This document shows, piece after piece, positions 51,522 to 64,000 of a DNA stretch of 64,000 nucleotides. The notes under the pieces were generated by a model. It worked only from the letters and a program-made list of their open reading frames with translations. It had not been told where the DNA came from and searched no databases. The position numbers and the translations under genes are program-made. The stretch comes from Squalus acanthias (taxonomy: Eukaryota), in NCBI GenBank assembly GCA_030390025.1, contig CM059431.1, forward strand, positions 146,198,001 to 146,262,000, read 5' to 3'. Each line of letters starts with the position of its first letter. The first letter of the stretch is position 1.

Positions 51522-53010
51522 AGTAAACTCAATGCAGCATGTGTTCAATGCAACGTACAGCTCCTCTGACAATGACCAGTGAAGAACACTATCTCATGCA
51601 CAGCATGGTATGAATAATGAACAAATGTCCCTGTACATGTATGGATGACGCAGTCCCAGGCTAGCTTTACATATCAGTGAATCCCCAGTCAAATTGCCGC
51701 ATCAAGTGCCGAGCCTTTTGCCCAAAATTAAATGGCACCCAATAGCTTGTAAGACTCTCACCTTGAAAAAATTCTGTGCTGATGGGATTCTCAGTGGCGC
51801 TCCTCACCTTTCCAATCATTGATGAAGCTTCCTATTTCATCCCATTTTTTTTGATGGGTGTGTTGCTCCCACCAGATCTGCTCTGTGAAACCAGAGTCCT
51901 TTCTCTCGTCCCAGTTTGTGTGGTGCTGATTCAATTTTGCTCTATCCACCTTCCAGAGATATCTTTTATTCGTTTATGTGTGTGTCGCTGGCAAGGCCAG
52001 CTGTTATTACCCATCCCTAATTGCCCTCCAGAAGGTGGTGGTGAGCCGCCTTCTTGAACTGCTGCAGTCCGTGTGGTGAAGGCAATCCCACAGTGCTGTT
52101 AGGGAGGAACTTACAGGATTTTGACCCAGCGACGGTGAAGGATCGGCGATAAATTTCTAAGTCAGGATGGTGTGTGACTTGGAGGGGAACTTGGAAGTGG
52201 TGGTGTTCCCATACGCCTGCTGCCCTTGTCCTTCTAGGTGGAAGAGGTCGCGGGTTTGGGAGGTGCTGCCGAAAAAGGCTTGGCGAGTTGCTGCAGTGCA
52301 TCTTGTAGATGGTCCACACTGCAGCCATGGTAAGCCGGTGGTGAAGGGAGTGAATGTTTAAGGTGGTGGATGGGGTGCCAATCAAGCGGGCTGCTTGTTC
52401 CTGGATGGTGTCCAGCTTCATGAGTGTTGTTGGAGCTGCACTCATCCAGGCAAGTGGAGAGTATTCCATCACACTCCTTACTTGTGCCTTGTAGATGGTG
52501 GAAAGGCTTTGGGGAGTCAGGAGGTGAGACACTCGCCGCAGAATACCTAGCCTCTGACCTGCTCTTGTTGCCACAGCATTTATGTGCCTGGTCCAGTTAA
52601 GTTTCTGGTCAATGGTGACCCCCAGGATGTTTATGGTGTGGGCTTCGGCGATAATAACGCAGTTAAATGTCAAAGGGGAGGTGATTAGACGCTCGCTTGT
52701 TGAAGATAGTCATTGCCTGGCACTTCTCTGGCGCGAATGTTGCCTGCCACTTATCAGCTCACCCCAAGAATCTGTTAGCATCAAATTGATTCATATTAAT
52801 TCTGAAATCTGTTACTCGAAAACAAGGGGCTAATTGTGCAACTACCAATATATTTAATGTTAATATATTTTCAACTCATGACATTTGTTCGCATTACTTA
52901 TATTAATATGAAATTATTATTTTCTTTCCTTGCTCCTATTTTTAGCGGCTATACTCACTCACAATATCTGCTGCCAACTGATGGTGTGTAACCAGGGGCG
53001 GAAACCCGTC
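51522..53010. repeat. Ancient low-copy unit, copy C (split by a LINE, 3'-truncated)
   Basis: Homology to copy B stops at ..CCTTCCAGAGATA (51961) and resumes at GCTCACCCCAAGAAT (~52757). Confidence 0.75.
51962..52756 (-). mobile_element. 5'-truncated LINE (CR1/L2 group), 3' end of ORF2
   Basis: ORF 52017..52673(-): ILGVTIDQKLNWTRHI..LGILRR..IYKAQVRSVMEYSPLAW..LDTIQ..SLHHR, the RT thumb and C-terminal region of CR1-group LINEs; short 3' UTR with AATAAA. Confidence 0.9.
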
Positions 53011-53634
53011 TGCTGGTGCCAGCTAGAATGGCCGCCAATCAGTGCATTGGAACCGCGATCACTGTACAAGACAATAAGGAACTGAGTGAAGAACTAGCCA
53101 GTAAATAGCAAAGGTTGGATGATACGCGACTCGCTCTGCAGAGGCCATCCTGAAATACAGAACATCATAAAGTCTGTAAAAGGGAACTAAATAAGGAACA
53201 ATGGAAAACTGAATGTGTGCGACGGGTAGCAGGCAATTTGAATACCCGGCTAGGGGATGATGACAATGAGATAGATTGGGACTCACCGGAGTATGAGGAG
53301 GCTCTTTATCAGGGTGATGATGAAAGGCCCTCACAACAGACATCGGGTAGCGCCTTATCTGTCAAATCATCAGCGCCGCCGATAGAAACAGTCCGCCTAG
53401 TGGCAGTAGTAACACGCACCAACAATTATAACAACATCTTTAACCAAGTTAGAACAGAATATTCAGAACAACCCAGACTTCTCAATGGTATTGAGGCTAG
53501 AGCAGAAACATCGGAATTGTGATTCATTGATATGGATTCCGAATTCAAAGACACTATACAGAGGTTGTTCAACTATACGGCCTGCGCCAATTTCACACGC
53601 CTGCCGATATCCACACTTCAAAACCTAGCCCGTG

Positions 53635-54580
53635 CCACCTTTTCACACCCCAGCCAGGGCCCCGTCAGCCCACCCAGTGTCTCCCTCACAAATAAGCCCG
53701 TGCTCCCTCTTCACACCAGCCCGTGCCCCATATTCAAAACTCAGCCCGTTCCCCCTTCACACGCCAGCCCGTTCCCCGTCACACGCCAGCCCGTTCACAT
53801 TTCACACCCCAGCCAGTTCACCCTTCACACCCCAGCCCGGTCACACTTCACACCCCAGCCCGGTCACACTTCACACCCCAGCCCGTTCACACTTCACACC
53901 CCAGCCCGTTGACCCTTCACACCCCAGCCCGTTCACCCTTCACACCCCAGCCCGGTCACACTTCACACCCCAGCCCGTTCACCCTTCACACCCCAGCCCG
54001 GTCACACTTCACACCCCAGTCCGAACACCCTTCACACCCCAGCCCGTTCACCCTTCACACCCCAGCCCGTTGACCCTTCACACCCCAGCCCGTTCACCCT
54101 TCACACCCCAGCCCGGTCACACTTCACACCCCAGCCCGTTCACCCTTCACACCCCAGCCCGTTCACCCTTCACACCCCAGCCCGTTCACCCTTCACACCC
54201 CAGCCCGGTCACACTTCACACCCCAGCCCGTTCACCCTTCACACCCCAGCCCGTTCACCCTTCACAGCCCATCCCGTTCACCCTTCACACCCCAGCCCGT
54301 TCACCCTTCACACCCCAGCCCGTTCACCCTTCACACCCCAGCCCGTTCACCCTTCTCAACCAGCCCGTTCACCATTCAAACCCCAGCCCGTTCACCTACA
54401 CACCCCAGCCCGTTCACTCTTCAAACCCCAGCCCGCTCACCCTTCACACCCCAGCCCGTTCTCCCTTCACACTTCAGCCCGTTCGCACTTCACACCCCAT
54501 CCCGTTCAACCTTCACACACCAGCCCGTTCACCCTTCACACAGCAGTCCGTTTGCACTTCACACCCCAGCCCGTGCCACC
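53635..54580. repeat. 23-bp C-rich minisatellite (CCCTTCACACCCCAGCCCGTTCA)n
   Basis: About 40 tandem units; homogeneous centre, degenerate edges. Confidence 0.95.
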
Positions 54581-54589
54581 CGTTCTGAA

Positions 54590-55300
54590 ATTCAGCAGCA
54601 AACTGCGCATGGCTGAGTCCGGCGGTGGCGCACAGGGAGCAGTCCCGCCCCTTCTACTGGTTGCGCGGCTCCCATAAGCCACGACACGTCCCCGCTCCTC
54701 AGCACCGACACGCTGTGGCCGAGGGCCTGACGTCACACGCGATGTGGCAGGGCCTATGACTTCACATGCGCTGTGGCCGGTCCTCTGACTTCACACGCGC
54801 GCTCTAGGGCTCGCGCTGAGGCGGGCTGCCGGCCCCGCGGTTTAAAATCTGGACGCACGTGACCCCGAGCTGCCCTGGGGTTTGATCAATACAGTGGGAG
54901 GGATCTGTGTGGCAATGCCGGACTCCGATTGGTGGGAGGGGATGCCAATTTCCTGTGTGCAGCCAATTGAAAGGGCGGACTCACTGTGGGACTTTAATTT
55001 ATGCATGCTCTCTACACCCGAATGGTGCGAGGTTTTCCTGTAAAATTCAGTAGAAGAGGCAACAATTCCGTAGCCAAAATGTCCGGGAAACGATGGCAGC
55101 TGCTAACCCGTGCAATGAGCGGCGACTGGAGCCGGGCGCTGTGGACTTCCCGGAAACCGGATCAGAGCGCTTGGAGGTCGGGCGGGAATGGTGCGTGTGA
55201 GTTGGGGATCAGAGCGCTGGGCGGGCGGGAATTGTGCGACTAAGTGTCCAGGACTGAGTGCCGCACGGCCGGGGGTATCAAGGGGGGAGATGTGTCCGGA
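54590..55300. promoter_or_regulatory. CpG-rich promoter-like region
   Basis: High CpG. CRE TGACGTCA at 54728-54735, CCAAT boxes at 54928(rev)/54945/54963, GC box at 54973, GGCGGGAA E2F-like sites. Confidence 0.6.
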
Positions 55301-55567
55301 TAACTCAGCTTTTATACCGAAAGTGAAACAGGTTAATCGGTGATCGATTTTAATTTCTTTTGTTGTCTCTCGCTCTCCAAAATGGTGAAAGTTCCCTCTG
55401 TAATTTCCCACACTGAGACACAGTTAATGCCTATTTTGACTTTTGAATATTATTATTAAGATATTCTCCTTAGTTTCATTAGTAGTTAGAAACCTTACTT
55501 CCCCGCCCCAGACCCGGGGACTTTAAGTAAGCAGCGAACGGTAGACACAGCGCGGCTCCCAGAGTCA

Positions 55568-55592
55568 GCGAGAGAGAGAGAGAGAGAGAGAC
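55568..55592. repeat. (GA)n microsatellite
   Basis: About 11 GA units at the start of the 61-bp array. Confidence 0.85.
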
Positions 55593-55595
55593 AGA

Positions 55596-58500
55596 GGCCC
55601 ATTAACTCAGATACACACTGCTCCTGGAGATGGAACGGGGAGAAAGGTCAGAGAGAGTCCCATTGACTCAGATACACACTGGCCCTGGAGATGGACCGGG
55701 GAGAAAGGTCAGAGAGAGTCCCATTGACAGAGATACACACTGGTCCTGAAGATGGACTGGGGAGAAAGGTCAGAGAGAGTCCCATTAACTCAGATACACA
55801 CTGGTCCTGGAGATAGACCGGGTAGAACGTTCAGAGAGTCCCATTGACTCAGATACACACTGGTCCTGGAGATGGACCGGGTAGAAAGGTCAGAGAGAGT
55901 TCCATTGACTCAGATACACACTGGTCCTGGAGATGGACCGGGTAGAAAGGTCAGAGAGAGTCCCATTGACTCAGATACACACTGGTCCTGGAGATGGACC
56001 GGTGAGAAAGGTCAGAGAGAGTCCCATTGACTCAGATAAACATTGGTCCTGGAGTTGTACCGGAGTGGCAGGTCATAGTGAATCCCATTGTCTCAGATAC
56101 ACAGTGGTCCTGGAGATGGACCGGTTAGAAAGGTCAGAGAGAGTTCTATTGACTCAGATAAACATTGGTCCTGGAGATGGCCCGGGGAAAAAGGTCAGGG
56201 AGAGTCCCATTGACTTAGATACACACTGGTCCTGGAAATGGACCGGGGAGAAATGTCAGAGAGAGTTCCATTGACTCAGATACACACTGGTCCTGGAGAT
56301 GGACGGGGAAGAAAGGACAGAGACACTCCCACTGACTCAGCTAGCCACTGCTCCTGGAGATGGACTGTGCAGAAATGTCAGAGAGAGACCCATTGACTCA
56401 GATACATACTGGTCCTGGAGATGGACTGGCGAGAAAGGTCAGAGAGAGTCCCATTGACTCAGATACACACTGGTCTGGAGATGGACTGGCGAGAAAGGTC
56501 AGATAGAGTCCGATTGACTCAGATACACACTTATCCTGGAGATGGACTGGAGAGAAATGTCAGAGAGTGCCTCGCTGACTGAGATAGACAATGGTCCTGG
56601 AGATGGGCCGGGGAGACATGTCAGAGAGAATCCCATTTACTCAGATCCACACTGGACCCGGAGATGGAAGCGGAGAAATATCAGTGGGAGTCTCATTGAT
56701 TCAGATACACAGTGGTCCTGGAAATGTACTGGGTAGAAAGGTCACAGAGAGTCCCATTGAATCAGATACACACTGGTCCTGGAGATGGACTGAGGAGAAA
56801 GGTCAGAGAGTCCCAATGACTCAGATACACATTGGTCCTGGAGATGGACTGGGCAGAAAGGTCAGAGTGAATTCCATTAATTCAGAAACACACTAGTCCT
56901 GGAGATGGACAGAGGAGAAAGGTCGTAGAGAGTCCCATTGACTCAGATACACACTGGTCCGGGAGAAGGACTGGGGAGAATGGTCAGAGAGAGTCACATT
57001 GACTCAGATACACACTGGTCCTGGAGATGGAACGGGGAGAATGGTCAGACGAACTCCCATTTACTCAGATACACACTGGTCCCGGAGATGTACTGGGGAG
57101 AAAGGTCAGAGAGCCCCATTGACTCAGATACACACTGGTCCTGGAGATGGACCGGGGAGAAATGTCAGAGAGTGTCCCATTGACTCAGATACACAATGGT
57201 CCTGGAGATGGACTCGGGCCAATGGTCAGAGAATGTCACATTGACTCAGATACACACTGGTCCTGGAGATGGACTTGGGAGAAAGGTCAGAGAGAGTCCC
57301 ATTGACTCAGATACACACTGGTCCTGGAGATGGACTGGGGAGAAATGTCAGAGAGAGTCCCATTGACACAGATGGACACTGGTCCTGGAGATGGACTGGG
57401 GAGAAAGGTCAGAGAGAGTCCCATTGACACAGCTAAACACCGGTCATGGAGATGGACTTGTGAGAAAGGTCAGAGAGTATCCCATTGAGTCAGCTACACA
57501 CTGGTCCCGGAGATGGACAGCGGAGAAATGTCAGAGGGTTTCCCATTGGCTCAGCGACACACTGGTCCTGGAGATGGACGGGGAAGAAAGGTCAGAGAGA
57601 CTCCCACTTACTCAGCTAGACACTGCCCCTGGAGATGGACTGTGCAGAAATGTCAGAGAAAGTCCCACTGACTCAGATACATACTGGTCCTGGAGATGGA
57701 CTGGGGAGAAAGGTCAGAGAGAGTCCCATTGACTCAGATACACACTGGGCCTGGAGATGGACTGGGGAGAATGTTCAGAGAGTGTCCTATTGACTCAGAT
57801 ACACACTGGTTCTGGAGATGGAATTGGGAGAAAGGTCAGAGAGAGTCCCATTGACTCAGATACACACTGGTCCTGGAGATGGACCGGGGAGAAAGGTCAG
57901 AGAGTGTCCTATTGACTCAGATACACACGGGTCCTGGAGATGGACTTGGGAGAATGGTCAGAGAGAGTTCCATTGACACAGATACACACTTTTCCTGGAG
58001 ATGGACTGTGGAGAAAGGTCAGAGATAGTCCCATTGACACAGATACACACTGCTCCTGGAGATGGACTGTGGAGAAAGGTCAGAGGGATTCCCTTTGGCT
58101 CAGCTACACATTTCTCCTGGAGATGGACAGGGAAGAAAAGTCAGAGAGAGTCCCATTGACTCAGATACACACTGGTTCTGGAGATGGACTGGGGAGAAAG
58201 GTCAGAGAGAGTCCCATTGACTCAGATACACACTGTTCCTGGAGATGGACCGGGGCAATAGGTCAGAGAGATACCAATTGACTCAGATACACACTGGTCC
58301 TGGAGATGGACTTGGGAGAAAATTGAGAGAGAGTCCCATTGACTCAAATACACACTGGTCCTGGAGATGGACTGGGGAGAAAGGGCAGAGAGTGTCCTAT
58401 TGACACAGATACACACTGGTCCTGGAGATGGTCTTGGGAGAAAGGTCAGAGAGAGTCCCATTGACTCAGATACACACTGGTCCTGGAGATGGACTGGGGA

Positions 58501-61500
58501 GAAAGGTCAGAGAGAGTCTATTGGAAACAGATAGTCACTGCTCCAGAAAATGGACTCGGGTGAAAGTTCAGAGAGTGTCCCATTAACTCAGATACACACT
58601 ATTCCTGGAGATGGACCGGGGCGAAAGGTCAGAGAGATACCCATTGACTCAGATACACACTGGTCCTGGAGATGGACGTGGGACAATGTTCAGAGAGATT
58701 CCCATTGATTCAGATACACGCTGGTCCTGGAGATGTACAGGTGAGAAAGTTCAGAGAGAGTCCTTTTGACACAGATGGACACTGGTCCTGGAGTTTGATT
58801 GAGGAGAAATGCCAGACAGAGTCCGATTGACACAGATTCACAGTGGTCCCGGAGATGGACTGGGGAGAAAGGTCAGAGAGAGTCCCATTGACTCAGATAC
58901 ACACTGGTCATGGAGATGGACAGGGGAGAAAGTTCAGAGAGAACCCCATTTACTCAGATACACACTGGTCCTGGAGATTGACTGGGGAGAAATATCAGAG
59001 AGTGCCTCGTTGACTGAGATAGACAATGGTCCTGGAGATGGGCCGGGGATACATGTTAGACAGAATCCCATTTACTCAGATCCACGCTGGTCCCGGAGAT
59101 GGACAGCGGAGATATGTCAGTGGGAGTCTCATTGACTCAGATACATACTGGTCCTGGAGATGGACGTGGGAGAAATGTCAGAGAGTGTCGCATTGACACA
59201 AATGTACACTGGTCCTGGAAATGTACTGGGTAGAAAGGTCAGAGAGTGTCCTATTGACTCAGATACACACTGGTCCTGGAGATGGACTTGGGAGAAAGGA
59301 CAGAGAGAGTCCCATTGACACAGATACACACTGGTCCTGGAGATGGACTGGGGAGTAAGGTCAGAGAGAGTCCCATTGACACTGATGGACACTGGTCCTG
59401 GAGATGGGCTGGGGAGAAAGGTCAGAGAGAGTCCCATTGACACAGATACACACTGGTCCTGGAGATGGACTGTGGAGAAAGTTCAGAGGGATTCACTTTG
59501 GCTCAGCTACACACTTCTCCTGGAGATGGACAGGGAAGAATGGTCAGAGAGTGTCCCATTGACTCAGATACACGCTGGTTATGGAGATGGACTGGGGAAT
59601 AATGTCAGACAGTGTCCTATTGACTCAGATACACACTGGTCCTGGAGATGGACTGGGGACAAATGTCAGAGAGTGTCCTATTGACTCAGATACACACTGG
59701 TCCTGGAGATGGACTTGGGAGAAAGGTCAGAGAGAGTCCCATTGACTCAGATACACACTGGTCCTGGAGATGGACTGGGGAGAAAGGTCAGAGAGAGTCC
59801 CTTTGACACAGATGGGCACTGGTCCTGGAGATGGACTGGGGAGAAAGGTCAGAGAGAGTCCCATTGACACGGATACACACTGGTCCTGGAGATGGACTGG
59901 GGAGAAAGGTCAGAGAGAGTCTATTTGACTCAGATACACACTGCTCCAGGAAATGGATTCGGGTGAAAGTTCAGAGAGTGTCGCCTTAACTCAGATACAC
60001 ACTGTTCCTGGAGATGGACCGGGGCGAAAGGTCGGAGAGATACCCATTGACTCAGATACACACTGGTCCTGGAGATGGAAAGTGGGACAATGTTCAGAGA
60101 GATTCCCATTGACTCAGATACACGCTGGTCCTGGAGATGTACAGGGGAGAAAGTTCAGAGAGAGTCCTATTGAAACAGATGGACACTGGTCCTGGAGATG
60201 GACTGGGGAGAAAGGTCAGAGAGAGTCTGTTGGAAACAGATACACACTGCTCCAGAAAATGGACTCGGGTGAAAGTTCAGAGAGTGTCCCATTAACTCAG
60301 ATACACACTATTCCTGGAGATGGACCGGGGCGAAAGGTCAGAGAGATACCCATTGACTCAGATACACACTGGTCCTGGAGATGGACGTGGGACAATGTTC
60401 AGAGAGATTCCCATTGATTCAGATACACGCTGGTCCTGGAGATGTACAGGTGAGAAAGTTCAGAGAGAGTCCTTTTGACACAGATGGACACTGGTCCTGG
60501 AGTTTGATTGAGGAGAAATGCCAGACAGAGTCCGATTGACACAGATTCACAGTGGTCCCGGAGATGGACTGGGGAGAAAGGTCAGAGAGAGTCCCATTGA
60601 CTCAGATACACACTGGTCATGGAGATGGACAGGGGAGAAAGTTCAGAGAGAACCCCATTTACTCAGATACACACTGGTCCTGGAGATTGACTGGGGAGAA
60701 ATATCAGAGAGTGCCTCGTTGACTGAGATAGACAATGGTCCTGGAGATGGGCCGGGGATACATGTTAGACAGAATCCCATTTACTCAGATCCACGCTGGT
60801 CCCGGAGATGGACAGCGGAGATATGTCAGTGGGAGTCTCATTGACTCAGATACATACTGGTCCTGGAGATGGACGTGGGAGAAATGTCAGAGAGTGTCGC
60901 ATTGACACAAATGTACACTGGTCCTGGAAATGTACTGGGTAGAAAGGTCAGAGAGTGTCCTATTGACTCAGATACACACTGGTCCTGGAGATGGACTTGG
61001 GAGAAAGGACAGAGAGAGTCCCATTGACACAGATACACACTGGTCCTGGAGATGGACTGGGGAGTAAGGTCAGAGAGAGTCCCATTGACACTGATGGACA
61101 CTGGTCCTGGAGATGGGCTGGGGAGAAAGGTCAGAGAGAGTCCCATTGACACAGATACACACTGGTCCTGGAGATGGACTGTGGAGAAAGTTCAGAGGGA
61201 TTCACTTTGGCTCAGCTACACACTTCTCCTGGAGATGGACAGGGAAGAATGGTCAGAGAGTGTCCCATTGACTCAGATGCACGCTGGTTATGGAGATGGA
61301 CTGGGGAATAATGTCAGACAGTGTCCTATTGACTCAGATACACACTGGTCCTGGAGATGGACTTGGGAGAAAGGTCAGAGAGAGTCCCATTGACTCAGAT
61401 ACACACTGGTCCTGGAGATGGACTGGGGAGAAAGGTCAGAGAGAGTCCCTTTGACACAGATGGGCACTGGTCCTGGAGATGGACTGGGGAGAAAGGTCAG

Positions 61501-64000
61501 AGAGAGTCCCATTGACACGGATACACACTGGTCCTGGAGATGGACTGGGGAGAAAGGTCAGAGAGAGTCTATTTGACTCAGATACACACTGCTCCAGGAA
61601 ATGGATTCGGGTGAAAGTTCAGAGAGTGTCGCCTTAACTCAGATACACACTGTTCCTGGAGATGGACCGGGGCGAAAGGTCGGAGAGATACCCATTGACT
61701 CAGATACACACTGGTCCTGGAGATGGAAAGTGGGACAATGTTCAGAGAGATTCCCATTGACTCAGATACACGCTGGTCCTGGAGATGTACAGGGGAGAAA
61801 GTTCAGAGAGAGTCCTATTGAAACAGATGGACACTGGTCCTGGAGTTTGATTGGGGAGAAATGTCAGACAGAGTCCTATTGACACAGATTCACAGTGGTC
61901 CCGGAGATGGACTGGGGAGAAATGTCAGAGAGAGCCCCATTGACTCAGATACACACTTCTCCTGGAGATGGACCGGGGAGAAATGTCAGAGAGAGTCCCA
62001 TTGACTCAGATACACACTCGTCCTGGAGATGGACTGGGGAGAAAGTTCAGAGAGTGTCCCATTGACTCAGATACACACTGGTCCTGGAGATGGACTGGGG
62101 AGAAAGGTCAGAGAGTGTCCTATTGACTCAGATACACACTGGTCCTGGAGATGGACTGGGGAGAAAGTTCAGAGAGTGTCCCATTGACTCAGATACACAC
62201 TGGTCCTGAAGATGGACTGGGGAGAAAGGTCAGAGAGTGTCCTATTGACTCAGATACACACTGGTCCTGGAGATGGAATGTGGAGAAAGTTCAGAGGGAT
62301 TCACTTTGGCTCAGCTACACACTTCTCCTGGAGATGGACAGGGAAGAATGGTCAGAGAGTGTCCCATTGACTCAGATACACGCTGGTTATGGAGATGGAC
62401 TGGGGAATAATGACAGACAGTGTCCTATTGACTCAGATACACACTGGTCCTGGAGATGGACTGGGGACAAAGGTCAGAGAGTGTCCTATTGACTCAGATA
62501 CACACTGGTCCTGGAGATGGACTTGGGAGAAAGGTCAGAGAGAGTCCCATTGACTCAGATACACACTGGTCCTGGAGATGGACTGGGGAGAAAGGTCAGA
62601 GAGAGTCCCTTTGACACAGATGGGCACTGGTCCTGGAGATGGACTGGGGAGAAAGGTCAGAGAGAGTCCCATTGACACGGATACACACTGGTCCTGGAGA
62701 TGGACTGGGGAGAAAGGTCAGAGAGAGTCTATTTGACTCAGATACACACTGCTCCAGGAAATGGATTCGGGTGAAAGTTCAGAGAGTGTCGCCTTAACTC
62801 AGATACACACTGTTCCTGGAGATGGACCGGGGCGAAAGGTCGGAGAGATACCCATTGACTCAGATACACACTGGTCCTGGAGATGGAAAGTGGGACAATG
62901 TTCAGAGAGATTCCCATTGACTCAGATACACGCTGGTCCTGGAGATGTACAGGGGAGAAAGTTCAGAGAGAGTCCTATTGAAACAGATGGACACTGGTCC
63001 TGGAGTTTGATTGGGGAGAAATGTCAGACAGAGTCCTATTGACACAGATTCACAGTGGTCCCGGAGATGGACTGGGGAGAAATGTCAGAGAGAGCCCCAG
63101 TGACTCAGATACACACTTCTCCTGGAGATGGACCGGGGAGAAATGTCAGAGAGAGTCCCATTGACTCAGATACACACTCGTCCTGGAGATGGACTGGGGA
63201 GAAAGTTCAGAGAGTGTCCCATTGACTCAGATGCACACTGGTCCTGGAGATGGACCGGGGAGAAAGGTCAGAGAGTGTCCTATTGACTCAGATACACACG
63301 GGTCCTGGAGATGGACTTGGGAGAATGGTCAGAGAGAGTTCCATTGACACAGATACACACTTTTCCTGGAGATGGACTGTGGAGAAAGGTCAGAGATAGT
63401 CCCATTGACTCAGATACACACTGCTCCTGGAGATGGACTGTGGAGAAAGGTCAGAGGGATTCCCTTTGGCTCAGCTACACATTTCTCCTGGAGATGGACA
63501 GGGAAGAAAAGTCAGAGAGAGTCCCATTGACTCAGATACACACTGGTTCTGGAGATGGACTGGGGAGAAATGTCAGAGAGTGTCCCATTGACTCAGATAC
63601 ACACTGTTCCTGGAGATGGACCGGGGCAAAAGGTCAGAGAGATACCAATTGACTCAGATACACACTGGTCCTGGAGATGGACTTGGGAGAAAATTGAGAG
63701 AGAGTCCCATTGACTCAAATACACACTGGTCCTGGAGATGGACTGGGGAGAAAGGGCAGAGAGTGTCCTATTGACACAGATACACACTGGTCCTGGAGAT
63801 GGTCTTGGGAGAAAGGTCAGAGAGAGTCCCATTGACTCAGATACACACTGGTCCTGGAGATGGACTGAGGAGAAAGGTCAGAGAGAGTCTATTGGAAACA
63901 GATACACACTGCTCCAGGAAATGGACTCGGGTGAAAGTTCAGAGAGTGTCCCATTAACTCAGATACACACTATTCCTGGAGATGGACCGGGGCGAAAGGT
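55596..64000. repeat. 61-bp tandem satellite (CCCATTGACTCAGATACACACTGGTCCTGGAGATGGACTGGGGAGAAAGGTCAGAGAGAGT)n, runs off the window
   Basis: About 138 monomers. Higher-order blocks are visible as identical or near-identical ORF translations. Confidence 0.97.

Noticed and set aside
53632..54588. 318-aa Pro/His/Thr-rich ORF (extensin or mucin-like)
   Set aside because: Translation of the 23-bp minisatellite; open in several frames, with a 23-aa period arising from 3 monomers.
55933..63832. Numerous ORFs with zinc-finger-linker-like IHTG motifs
   Set aside because: Translations of the 61-bp satellite; the period is not a multiple of 3, there is no C2H2 pattern, and stops are regular.

Overview
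Eukaryotic, repeat-dominated DNA, most likely from a cartilaginous fish. That assignment is an inference from the GPR139-like two-exon GPCR type, the Deu-domain SINE and the Penelope pLTR families. About 70% of the window is satellite: a 26-bp satellite in two arrays (~381-8990 and ~13204-41923) and a 61-bp satellite (~55596-64000), both with higher-order repeats. Each 26-bp array runs directly into the promoter of an intact two-exon class A GPCR gene. The two genes, join(9303..9372,10886..11814) and join(42238..42307,43826..44727), are ~99% identical copies ~32.9 kb apart. The satellite carries several Penelope-like element (PLE) insertions from two families, and their pLTRs contain minimal hammerhead ribozyme motifs. 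The 46-55.6 kb region holds a triplicated degenerate ~1.1 kb unit, minisatellites, a Harbinger-like MITE, a CR1/L2-group LINE fragment, a decayed ORF and a CpG-rich promoter-like region. All coordinates were counted by eye; repeat boundaries are approximate.
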